DNA of 63,663 nt, the filler included, from Octopus bimaculoides (lineage: Eukaryota): assembly GCF_001194135.2 (NCBI RefSeq). It is 10 parts of 9 records of this genome, joined end to end, with 100 filler letters (N's around TTAATTAATTAA, not from the genome) between each part and the next. Parts side by side here need not be neighbours in the genome. Positions count along the whole stretch, not along the records: positions 24,426 to 32,074 come from NC_068986.1; positions 32,175 to 37,365 come from NC_069007.1; positions 37,466 to 44,312 come from NC_068982.1; 7 more parts are not named here. The stretch is one strand, 5' to 3'. Shown piece after piece: positions 27,505 to 37,899 of this stretch. How positions within the stretch are numbered: position 1 is the stretch's first letter; the number at the start of each line of letters is the position of its first letter. The notes beneath the pieces were generated by a model. It did no database searches. It worked only from the letters and a program-made list of their open reading frames with translations, and was not told the origin of the DNA. The position numbers were made by a program, and so were the translations under genes.

Positions 27505-28290
27505 CTCACTATGCAATAAAGTCTTGTGTTAAACTGGACGAAAACTCTACATAAACTTATGACATACTCCAGAGTGCTTATAGATTAACTTTTTCGCTGT
27601 CATAAGAGGTTTAAGGCTGTACAGTGAAGAGGTTGCATGTTGCAAACTGCACCGCTGCACTGTATATTAGAATATGCGGCATGATACTCAGTTACAAAGG
27701 AGATATGGCATATCCACATATCCAGAATTACGGATCTATAGAACGAATCTAATTGTTTGACCAACTACCTACATGGCATGGGGTCTACTCACGCAATAAA
27801 CCAAGGAGGTGAGAGACAATGAGAGGTTTGGGGGGTGAGAGGGATCATCAGAGAATCAAAGCTGGGCGAGAAAATTCACAATTTTCTAGATGAAGACCAT
27901 CGTATGCCTATGAAGGCAATAAACAAATAGTTGGAGTTGGTGTGGAAATTGTACACAGAATTATTCGCGAAAATCTGAACATGCACAAAATTTGTTCAAA
28001 GTTTCTTCACGGGGTGCTCAGTGACGAACATTAATCCGGGTAAACAATTAGTTGACAAAGGTGAGCATCAAAACTGTTCCTCACACTTCCTACAGTCCAG
28101 ACCTTGCTCCCTGTGGTTTTTGGTTGTTTCCCCAAGCTGAAAGAAAACTTCAGAAGCAGTCAATTTGAAGATGAAAGAAGCTGTAACAAGGGTGCTGGAC
28201 ACTTTCTCTTTGAAGAACTTCCATAGAGCGTTCAGAAAGTGGCTGGGCGCTACAACAAGTGCATTGAAGTCAGAGGATTCTACTTTGTAG
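27505..28290 (+). pseudogene. Decayed mariner transposase, interrupted by the 27613-27805 insertion
   Basis: AIKSCVKL, FRCHKRFK | insertion | VRDNER, NLNMHKICSKF...VLSDE, SYSPDLAPCGFWLFPKLKE and RYNKCIEVRG.YF. Confidence 0.8.
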
Positions 28291-28324
28291 AGTTTTGTAA
28301 TTCTTTGAAAAAAATCTGAAATAT

Positions 28325-28870
28325 CTGGAATTTTGGAATCTGGCCTGGAAATCGTTTCCCATAAACGATTTGCGGACCTTTTGCGATTCGCCCTGGATCT
28401 CGATAGCGGTGTTAAGACGGCGACCTTTGATAACGGTGTTAAGACGGTAACCTTTGATAACTGTGTTAAGACGGTGACCTGCATTTTTAACTCGGGTAAG
28501 AGACCAAAGTTCGCAGGTGCTACATCTGGCGAATAGAGCGGGTGTAGATACCTTGTTGTTTTAGCGAAAAACTCACGTATGAGGAGAGCACGGTGACAGT
28601 GTGCATTGTTGTCATGAAGAGTCCAATTCGTTCGTGAGGAATCCAATTTCACGGTAGTTCTTTGTTCTTTGTCCATGACAAAATCGCTGATTACATCATA
28701 CACGTGATCACAAAAACACAAATTTCACAGTTTGCGAAGAAAACAAAGTGGTGTCACTCGGCACACAGCCTCATGAAGCTCACTGCTAGGTCTCACTGCG
28801 CACACAACTGTGTGCTGCCATCTCTTGTCACTCTATGGAACTAGTCCGGGAACGTTTTGATACCACTTCG
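28325..28870 (-). mobile_element. Internally deleted mariner, one TIR missing
   Basis: The right TIR CTAGTCCGGGAACGTTTTGATACCACTTCG is followed by TA. It encodes LHDNNAHCHRA and YSPDVAPANFGLLPELK, and carries three 27-bp tandem units at ~28402-28482. Confidence 0.85.
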
Positions 28871-29059
28871 TAATTCAGTAGAATTGTCATAGGAAACTGC
28901 ATAAATATCCATCTTCAAAAGCAGAAGTCGACTTATGTTAGATTATTTGTTTCATGTTTGGTCATCCCTTTAGGTTATCTTAAATGTGTATCACCAGAAC
29001 GATTTCTTGTATTTGTGTTTTTGTGGATAATGTTACATGATCTTTTTGACTAATGATTG

Positions 29060-29295
29060 GCCTACACAACTTTCTCCTTGAAATTCAAATATCTAACAAG
29101 TCAATTGGGGTTATCATTCACAATTTTCGGTCAATCGTTTTGCTGATGACACCTACGTATGTGGAAACACATGTCAACAGTTGTCCTCTTTAATGGAATT
29201 TCAGTTTGAAGAATTTTTGATTCTTGAGATTATACCCACTTCACAGTTGGAATTGACATCAACAGCCAATAAACAGCTGGCTCTTGATGGGTAGG
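29060..29295 (+). pseudogene. Possible non-LTR reverse transcriptase fragment
   Basis: NRFADDTYVCG (FADD at 29139-29150) in a short open frame. There is little other supporting homology. Confidence 0.35.
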
Positions 29296-29691
29296 TAATT
29301 TCAATAAACTTCGGTGATCTTAAATGTGTATCGAACGATATCTTGTAATTATGGTTTTGTAGGAAATATCTTTTCTATTAAACTAAGGAAGGTTTTTACT
29401 TATATTAGACCTTGCGTTGACAAAGATAGAATACAAACTAGATTACATTTCTGCACTGCATTCTTCTGGTTGGTCTAAAGAGTGTCATTTTAGTAAGAAG
29501 TAACCTTAACAGAGATTTCTTTACTGGATGACAATTTAGTGAATAAAGTTCTTGAACTCAGGGGGTGCGAGGAAGGACAGGATCCTACTTCTGTATGTGA
29601 TTTTCTCATTTTGTTCCCTAAAAGACTTAGAGCAATCAGTATTACTGTGACGTTCAGAAAAGAAACTTCACTAAGGTTAGTGTCTATAGTA

Positions 29692-30323
29692 CAAGATGAT
29701 ATCAAAAGTTCACCGGACTATTTATGTTTAATAAAAAAAAAAAAATTATTTACTTAAGTTTTAACATCATCTCTATCGAAATAGTTATCTTAAGCAGCAA
29801 TACACCGATACCAGCATTCCTGCCAATTTTGGAATCCGGCCTGAAAATCGTTTCCCATAAACGATTTGCGGACCTTTTGCGATTCGCTCTGGATCTCGAT
29901 AACGGTGTTAAGACAGCAATCTTTGATAACGGTGTTAAGACGGCGACCTGCATTTTTATCTCGGGGAAGAGACTGAAGTCCGCAAGTGCTAAATCTGGCG
30001 AATAGAGCGGGTGCAGAAGTGATACCATGTTGTTTTTAGCGAAAAACTCACGTGTGAGGAGAGCACGGTGACAGGGTGCATTGTTGTCATGAAGAGTTCG
30101 TGAGGAATCCAATTTCACGGTAGTTCTTTGTTCTTTGTCCATGACAAAATCGCTGACTACATCATACACGTGATCACAAAAACACAAATTTCACATCTTG
30201 CAAAGTAAACACAGCGGTGTCACTCGGCACACAGCCTCATGAAGGTCACTGCGCACGCAACTGTGTGCTGCCATCTCTTGTCGTTCTACGGAACTAGTCC
30301 GGGAACGTTTTGATACCACCTCG
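29692..30323 (-). mobile_element. Non-autonomous mariner derivative with both TIRs and TA TSD
   Basis: TA-CAAGATGATATCAAAAGTTCACCGGACTA ... TAGTCCGGGAACGTTTTGATACCACCTCG-TA. Residual HDNAPCH, YSPDLALADFSLFPEIK and WQECWYRCIAA*DNYF. Two 27-bp units. Confidence 0.9.
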
Positions 30324-31094
30324 TAATTATTAGGCCGAGGGATGTGAGTGTCTCTAAAATGTCTTCTTTTCGCCTACATAACATAAGTTCATTAGCATGG
30401 ATCATTGATTATTGTGTATGTTGCTTTTAAGGATTGTGAAGCCACTTTACGTTCATCATTATTGGTGAGGTTCATTTCATTACATAGGAATGATTACATT
30501 GGCAGAGTGAGGGTTTATAAATTATAAGTACATTAATGGGTATTATTATATTGTTTATATAGACAAAGTTTAGTTAAGAGAAGATCTTTCTGAAATATCC
30601 AAAATGTGTAGCCCAAAGATAATGCGAATGTACGTGCCATACATCGAATATACCCACTAGATCTGATTTTTTTTCCATCCAAACTGAGCCCTCGTTAAAG
30701 AGTAGAATGTTCTTCATATGGAGTATGGTGTCTAAGTCTTCACCACTGTAAGTAAATATTTCGCCAATGACAGGTTAAAATTGACGGTATCAAATTGGCT
30801 GAACCTAACATTATTTACATCATGTGTACATTTCAACTAAGAAATGACGTTTCAGATATCTGGAGGGTTTTCTACAGTTACTGATGTATCCAAGTATTAT
30901 ATAATTAATGAGACCTATATCTGATTTTGTGGCTTTATTAACTTCTTTCGATCTGGAACAACTAATTGTTGCTCACTCGTCCCTAAAAGTTGTAATATAT
31001 TTATGATTCTGCGTTAAATTCGCTGCTGTATACCCTCTGTAAAAAAAAAAAGGGAGGTTTTGGACGAGGAATAACTCATCTGCACCATAAATGA

Positions 31095-31145
<51 letters not shown>

Positions 31146-32173
31146 CGTTCCATGCTGAGCGATTGTCGGATTGTGCACGATACGCTATACAAGCCCGTCC
31201 AAATACTGCACTATCTTGAAAATTGAAATGGGCCTCGTATAATTCCTGCATTCGTTAAACATGTAAATGTATCTATGTACATATATATGTGTTTGTGTGT
31301 CTTTGTGCGTGTGCGCGCGCGTGTGTTTGTGTGTGGGGGAGTGTAAAGGTAAGATCCAAGGATCAAGGTGTAGAAAGTTAGTAAGCTTCGAGCAGTCCGT
31401 GGAAGGTAAAGTAACAACTTTCAGGAACAATAGTGCTTTATTCACGTGTAGAAGGTTGGAAATTTTTGCCCATATCGAAGTTTGATGAGCTGAAGCAAGT
31501 TATTTCATAGTTCTCGGTTAGCCCGATGAGTAATTAGTGGAGTAAGCCTCGTTTTGGCTAATTACTGCTTCCGAGGTTCTGCTAGCTACGAAACATATGT
31601 AGCCAGGATTTTATCTATTCAATTCCCTAAATTCAAACACACACACACACACACACATATGAAATGATACTTATATATGCAATGAGATACATACATGTAA
31701 AAATGCATACATATATATATGGGGGGAGGATGTAAATGAGTATGTGTCTGTGTGTGTATAGGCAAAAGGAAATGTAGGAGTGAAAAACGCAAGAATGATA
31801 CGTAAATGCACATGAATATTCCCACAGTAGCCTGATATTGAAACATATATACACAGAATATTTAAACGCGTGGTGGTATATACGAATGTATATATGGTTG
31901 TGTGTATAAATTGTGTACCCGCATAGTAGGTTCATAGGTATATAAACGCCTAACGACAAACATGTAGGCATTTACGCATTCGTATATCTACATACGTATG
32001 TATATATATATGCCATATGATTATATATACATACAAACATTCATACATATATATATACATACATATATATATATNNNNNNNNNNNNNNNNNNNNNNNNNN
32101 NNNNNNNNNNNNNNNNNNTTAATTAATTAANNNNNNNNNNNNNNNNNNNNNNNNNNNNNNNNNNNNNNNNNNN

Positions 32174-32445
32174 NCCCTTAACGTAGTTCTCGGGGATATT
32201 CAGCGTGACACAGTGTGACAAGGCTGACCCTTTGAATTACAGGTACAACAGAAACAGGAAGAAAGAGTGAGAGAAAGTTGTGGTGAAAGAGTACAGCAGG
32301 GTTCGCCACCATCCCCTGCCGGAGCCTCGTGGAGCTTTAGGTGTATTCGCTCAATAAACACTCACAACGCCCGGTCTGGGAATCAAAACCGCGATCCTAT
32401 GACCGCGAGTCCACTGCCCTAACCACTGGGCCATTGCGCCTCCAC
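32174..32445 (-). mobile_element. tRNA-derived SINE, family D
   Basis: Minus-strand head GTGGAGGCGCAATGGCCCAGTGGTTAGGGCAGTGGACTCGCGG...GGTTTTGATTCCC with A/B-box-like motifs. The 3' end runs into a gap. Confidence 0.75.
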
Positions 32446-33071
32446 TTAGAACACTACAGCTTAAAGGTTTCACAATTTTATTTCTCTTCAAATCCCTCAG
32501 GAATAGATAATATATCATTTGGGGAGTTTTACCTTTGATAGACTAGTGTCCTATCCAGAAAAAGACTTACCTCTCATTCACTTCAAACTATAAAAGTTGA
32601 CAGTCTATATAAGTTTTCTGTGCTGTGGCCAAATGAGGAATCTGACATTTAAAGTTTGACCTTTGAGAAAGAGAAATTTTCTTTTCAACTGAACTTCAAC
32701 GTATAATTTCTGTCTACACACCACCACTGCCACCAGTTCTTTCAGATTCCATTCTTTTATGTATAAAATTGGGTGCCTCGCAGAGATCTCGTCTGCCACT
32801 TGGAAACATTATTTATTTCTTTAATTACATTATTTTGTTTGATTTTTTTATTTTTTTTATTTCTGTGATATTTCTTGTAACATTTCTATTTCAAAATATT
32901 TATTTAATCATTGAAGTCAGACTGGCATGGTAACCCTTACTCTCGACATGATGCCCCTATTCCATGTCCTGCATTCCAGAGTGCAACCCATCAGTGCTGA
33001 CACAGTCGTCGTCTTTCCTTACCTTGTTCACATATCTTATATCTGCATACCACACATTACATTTCCATTAA

Positions 33072-33292
33072 CCCTTTTGATACCAACCCGGCTGAAACTG
33101 TCTCTGGCTCTGTAGAACAAATATCTTGTTTTCATAAGTTCTGAATTAAAATCTTCCACCAAACCTTAGTCACAATTTATGTTCCTAACACTAGTTTAAT
33201 GATAACTAAGTTATTTTACTAAATTCTTTGTTATATTTAAAATAATTGAAAGAAACACAGAACATCTCAACAGAAATATGGTAGCAAAAGGG
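33072..33292. mobile_element. piggyBac-type MITE, 221 bp
   Basis: TTAA-CCCTTTT ... AAAAGGG-TTAA termini. Confidence 0.8.
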
Positions 33293-33312
33293 TTAACAAA
33301 TGATTAATTTAA

Positions 33313-33533
33313 CCCTTTTCATACCAACTTGTCTGAAACCACCTCTGGCTCTGTAGTACAAATGTCCTGTTTTTATAAGTTCTGAATCAAAATCTTCCAC
33401 CAAACCTTAGTCACAATTTATGTTCCTAACACTAGCTTAATGATAACTAAGTTATTTTACTAAATTCTTTGTTATATTTAAAATAATTGAAAGAGACACA
33501 GAGCATCTCAAAATAAATACAGTAACGAAAGGG
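33313..33533. mobile_element. piggyBac-type MITE, second copy, 221 bp
   Basis: TTAA-CCCTTTT ... GAAAGGG-TTAA. It is colinear with 33072-33292 but has scattered substitutions. Confidence 0.8.
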
Positions 33534-33904
33534 TTAATNNNNNNNNNNNNNNNNNNNNNNNNNNNNNNNNNNNNNNNNNNNNNNNNNNNNNNNNNNNNNN
33601 NNNNNNNNNNNNNNNNNNNNNNNNNNNNNNNNNNNNNNNNNNNNNNNNNNNNNNNNNNNNNNNNNNNNNNNNNNNNNNNNNNNNNNNNNNNNNNNNNNNN
33701 NNNNNNNNNNNNNNNNNNNNNTATAAGTTCTGAATCAAAATCTTCCACCAAACCTTAGTCACAATTTATGTTCCTAACACTAGCTTAATGATAACTAAGT
33801 TATTTTACTAAATTCTTTGTTATATTTAAAATAATTGAAAGAGACACAGAGCATCTCAAAATAAATACAGTAACGAAAGGGTTAATGGCCTCCCAGAAAA
33901 CAAA

Positions 33905-34180
33905 TCTCAAAGTAATTAGGTCGGGATAACACACACCGAGATTGTTAAGTTGCAGTCTCTTCTGTCCAATTTTTGCGGTCACTAATGGTAGATGTCACTA
34001 TTTGGTCATGTATTCCCTTTATCAGATGACCTGGACTCAACAGAGGGTTCTGGTGTAACATCCATTCAGTGATTCTTCCTAAGCAGCAGTTAGTATCCAT
34101 GTTTCTTCTCTATGCAACAGAGCAGATTCAAGAGTGCGCACATCCTATATTTCTACCAGTGCGCATATTTCACAATTCTC
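33905..34180 (-). pseudogene. RTE-clade LINE, RT C-terminal fragment
   Basis: LESALLHREETWILTAA*EESLNGCYTRTL...TAKIGQKRLQL resembles RTE VESVLLYGSETWTLT...LDGCYTRML...KIRERRL. Confidence 0.65.
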
Positions 34181-34479
34181 CCGCTATATGTAGTATCTAA
34201 GTTGCCAAGGATGTTATAACTGATTATTTAATTAAAAAGCATTTAAATTACTATTTAGCTGGACACTATATCCATATTCAGGAGCAAGGCATCTGGTGAG
34301 AACCAGAGGTCATTCTAGCAGAAATACATTTTAGATATAAATATTGTAAGTATACACTTTATATTAGAGAGAGAGAGAATCTATAGAAAAATGGTTAGAA
34401 TTAGGATGCCTTAACTTGTGAATGTTGGATGATGACTGAAAGAATACAATCATGAATGCAAACAGCTGAAATGGGGTTC

Positions 34480-34685
34480 CAGGAATGTGTAGCATGCCAA
34501 GCAAAATGCTTAGCAGCATTTCACCTATCTTAATGTTCCAAGTTCAAATTCTGTTGAGGTTGACTGTGCCTTTCATCCTTTCGGCTGTTGATAAACTAAG
34601 TACCAGTTGTGTACTGGTGTCAATGTAATCGTCTTGCATCTTCCATTGAAATAGCTGACCTTGTGCCGAAATTTGAAACCAATAT
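34480..34685 (+). mobile_element. SINE family B
   Basis: AAAATGCTTAGC...AGTTCAAATTCTG...GCCTTTCATCCTTTCGG...GACCTTGTGCCGAAATTTGAAACCAATAT. Confidence 0.75.
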
Positions 34686-35408
34686 AAGTGGTGAGGCGGG
34701 GTGGGGAGATGATGGGGAGGTCTACTTTTCGAGTTTCTTTAATTTACTCAAAGCCTTTCTTTACATATTTATAATTCTTCCCGCTTGCCCCTCTACCCCC
34801 TCCATCTCCTCTTCCACGTGCTTTTCTTCCCCACCACCTCCTCCTCCTTTTCCTCATTCTCCTCCTCCTCTTTCAGATTTACTCCAGTAAACACCCCCTC
34901 TCCACCGTTCCTTGGTAGATTTATATTCCTCCCCCCCCCCNNNNNNNNNNNNNNNNNCCCCCCCCCGCGGACATCGCTGCTGTCATCGTCATCGTCGTCG
35001 TCACTCTTAAATGCCAAACCTTCCAATTACTGCAAAACATTTCGGAAATAAACATGGAAACACGCACCGTTGCTACGGCGATGACTGTACCCAATATTGA
35101 ACCTTCACCTGTTTTGTTATTGAAATGTAAAATTAAATACCAATGACGATGACGGATGTTTAATGAGTGAGTCGTTATCTTCAGTTTATCATCTCTTTTA
35201 CGTTGTTTTGGTTCATTAGCATTAGCAGAAGTTTTCAGTTATCTCATGTTATTGGATGTTTACCAACTGGACGGTGATAGTGGTGGTGGTGGTGGCATTA
35301 GTGAGATGATGATAGCATTGGCAGTAATAGTGGTGGTGGCGGCTATGGTTATGATGGTTGTTTGTGCTAGTGTGACGGTGGTAGTGATGATTATGATTAA
35401 ACTCTTAT

Positions 35409-35635
35409 ACTTATTTCTTTATTGCCCACAAGGGGCTAAACATAGAGGGGACAAACAAGGACAGACAGAGGGATTATTTTTTTAACGCCCAGACAGGGCC
35501 CCGGGACGATGGGATCCCAGGGCCGCAATGTGCGTTCGAGGTGTCGATGTTCACTGAGTCCTGCAATTCGCATCAGTTCACGTGGATAGCCGCGCTCTTC
35601 ATCGACGGACGAGCAGAGTGATCCCCCGTCCAGGG
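35409..35635 (-). mobile_element. Chimeric retro-insertion: 5.8S rRNA + A7 + SINE/LINE-type 3' tail, with 12-bp TSD
   Basis: TTAAACTCTTAT occurs exactly at 35397-35408 and 35636-35647. The tail (plus strand CCCACAAGGGGCTAAACATAGAGGGGACA...AGGGATTA) also occurs at the 3' end of the SINE at 62109-62150. Confidence 0.85.
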
Positions 35636-35637
35636 TT
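35484..35637 (-). rRNA. 5.8S rRNA: Full-length 5.8S rRNA sequence; orphan retroposed copy, probably a pseudogene
   Basis: The minus strand reads AACCCTGGACGGGGGATCACTCTGCTCGTCCGTCGATGAAGAGCGCGGC...GAATTGCAGGACTCAGTGAACATCGACACCTCGAACGCACATTGCGGCC...CTGTCTGGGCGTT (154 nt). It has the conserved 5.8S motifs and the 3' GC-rich hairpin GGCCCTGGGA/TCCCGGGGCC. No ITS, 18S or 28S sequence flanks it. Confidence 0.95.
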
Positions 35638-36637
35638 AAACTCTTATTCTGTCACCTGCATTGCCTCAGTCCACCTAGTTCTAAAGTAGGCACCTGTAAC
35701 AAAGTACAACAACATTAACTTACAGTAATTAGCTCTCCATCTTATATAAACTACCCCTATTTTGCAGAAAAAAGTGTAGGTGGTTAGCTATATGTATANN
35801 NNNNNNNNNNNNNNNNNNNNNNNNNNNNNNNNNNNNNNNNNNNNNNNNNNNNNNNNNNNNNNNNNNNNNNNNNNNNNNNNNNNNNNNNNNNNNNNNNNNN
35901 NNNNNNNNNNNNNNNNNNNNNNNNNNNNNNNNNNNNNNNNNNNNNNNNNNNNNNNNNNNNNNNNNNNNNNNNNNNNNNNNNNNNNNNNNNNNNNNNNNNN
36001 NNNNNNNNNNNNNNNNNNNNNNNNNNNNNNNNNNNNNNNNNNNNNNNNNNNNNNNNNNNNNNNNNNNNNNNNNNNNNNNNNNNNNNNNNNNNNNNNNNNN
36101 NNNNNNNNNNNNNNNNNNNNNNNNNNNNNNNNNNNNNNNNNNNNNNNNNNNNNNNNNNNNNNNNNNNNNNNNNNNNNNNNNNNNNNNNNNNNNNNNNNNN
36201 NNNNNNNNNNNNNNNNNNNNNNNNNNNNNNNNNNNNNNNNNNNNNNNNNNNNNNNNNNNNNNNNNNNNNNNNNNNNNNNNNNNNNNNNNNNNNNNNNNNN
36301 NNNNNNNNNNNNNNNNNNNNNNNNNNNNNNNNNNNNNNNNNNNNNNNNNNNNNNNNNNNNNNNNNNNNNNNNNNNNNNNNNNNNNNNNNNNNNNNNNNNN
36401 NNNNNNNNNNNNNNNNNNNNNNNNNNNNNNNNNNNNNNNNNNNNNNNNNNNNNNNNNNNNNNNNNNNNNNNNNNNNNNNNNNNNNNNNNNNNNNNNNNNN
36501 NNNNNNNNNNNNNNNNNNNNNNNNNNNNNNNNNNNNNNNNNNNNNNNNNNNNNNNNNNNNNNNNNNNNNNNNNNNNNNNNNNNNNNNNNNNNNNNNNNNN
36601 NNNNNNNNNNNNNNNNNNNNNNNNNNNNNNNNNNNNN

Positions 36638-36677
<40 letters not shown>

Positions 36678-36757
36678 AGAGGGATGACCACTAAGTGGAC
36701 ATCTATTATGCTAGAAGAAGACCCCATATGGTCTGACCACTAAGAAAACATTGTTCT

Positions 36758-36879
36758 CAAATCCACTCACAAGGCTTTGGTCGGCCCGAGGCTATAGTAG
36801 AAGACACTTGCCCAAGGTGCCACGCAGTGGGACTGGACCCAGAACCATGTGGTTGGTAAGCAAGCTACTTACCACACAG
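36758..36879 (-). mobile_element. Family A SINE head fragment
   Basis: CAAATCCACTCACAAGGCTTTGGTCGGCCCGAGGCTATAGTAGAAGACACTTGCCCAAGG. Confidence 0.9.
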
Positions 36880-37465
36880 TGCTTTGAAAGTTGAACACAC
36901 TCTCACCTTCTTCTGAGAGCAAAATCATGTGAAATACTTGACATCACTGGTAAGTTCCAGTAACAAACCATGATGGTGAATATGTTAAATAAAATATGAA
37001 TACCAGCCACTACGCTTTACATTACACTTTCTATCTTTCTAATTACTTAAACATGGTTTATTAATATTTCAACATGACAGCCGCTCTTTTCAATGTTTAA
37101 AAGAATAACAAAAAAACAGTTTAATCATTTTATTACACTAATTAGGTTTATAAACGAGAAGAATGACTTTTTGACAGCACAGGTTTTAATCAATTTTATT
37201 TAATAACTCTTCCTGAAGAAATTTATTTCAAAAAATCAATTAAATACTTAGTTTTTTGACCAGTTTCGTAATTTAGATTCATTTTAATTAACCTGTTTTG
37301 TTTTTTTTTGCTCTTTTTTTTTGTGATAAGAGTTTATTGTGATTTCAAGATTCTTAACACTTTATNNNNNNNNNNNNNNNNNNNNNNNNNNNNNNNNNNN
37401 NNNNNNNNNTTAATTAATTAANNNNNNNNNNNNNNNNNNNNNNNNNNNNNNNNNNNNNNNNNNNN

Positions 37466-37509
<44 letters not shown>

Positions 37510-37510
<1 letters not shown>

Positions 37511-37600
37511 GGTATTTTTATTGTTCAGGTCACTGCTTGGAATCGAACTCGGAATCTTGGGGTTAGTAGCCCGCGCTCTAAACCACTATGCCATATGCCC
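37510..37600 (-). mobile_element. tRNA-like SINE head followed by (AAT)n
   Basis: GGGCATATGGCATAGTGGTTTAGAGCGCGGGCTACTAACCCCAAGATTCCGAGTTCGATTCC has A- and B-boxes but non-pairing acceptor and T stems. Confidence 0.65.
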
Positions 37601-37899
37601 ATTCCCCAGAACACCTGAAGAAGGCTGGAGTGTATCCCATCTGAAACGTTGCGTTAACAACAAACAAGATGAGGACAAATATCCATCGAATGTAAATAAT
37701 ATGTGTGTAATCTGTTGGCATGCAGAGAAGTACATCATATGATGTCCAGAATTTGAAGTACTTGACTATATAGGCCACAACTTTAGGATTTGAATGAAGC
37801 ATGATGTTTGCGTTACCAGTAGTAACATACCTGCCTTCAGTTGTGAAAGCATGGAAACTGCTCGATGGGCCCGGTTACCAGTGGGAAAATGTGAGAATA

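Noticed and set aside
28402-28482. CRISPR-like 27-bp repeats
   Set aside because: The units are contiguous with no spacers, lie inside a mariner relic in a eukaryotic context, and have no cas genes nearby.
33722-33885. Third tandem piggyBac MITE copy
   Set aside because: It appears identical to the 3' part of the copy ending at 33533 and starts at a gap edge, so it is probably an unmerged contig overlap.
35484-35637. Functional rDNA unit
   Set aside because: There is no ITS, 18S or 28S. The flanks are an A7 linker, a SINE tail and a TSD.
35729-36727. Long ORFs in the track (also 17304-18131, 25562-26278, 47671-48602, 54779-55829)
   Set aside because: They are made of N gaps and (TA)/(CA)/(TACA) repeats and carry no coding information, apart from the APE fragment listed as a feature.
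37520-37600. Bona fide tRNA gene (also the heads at 32445 and 42284)
   Set aside because: The acceptor and T stems do not pair, and the sequence continues into SINE body or tail.
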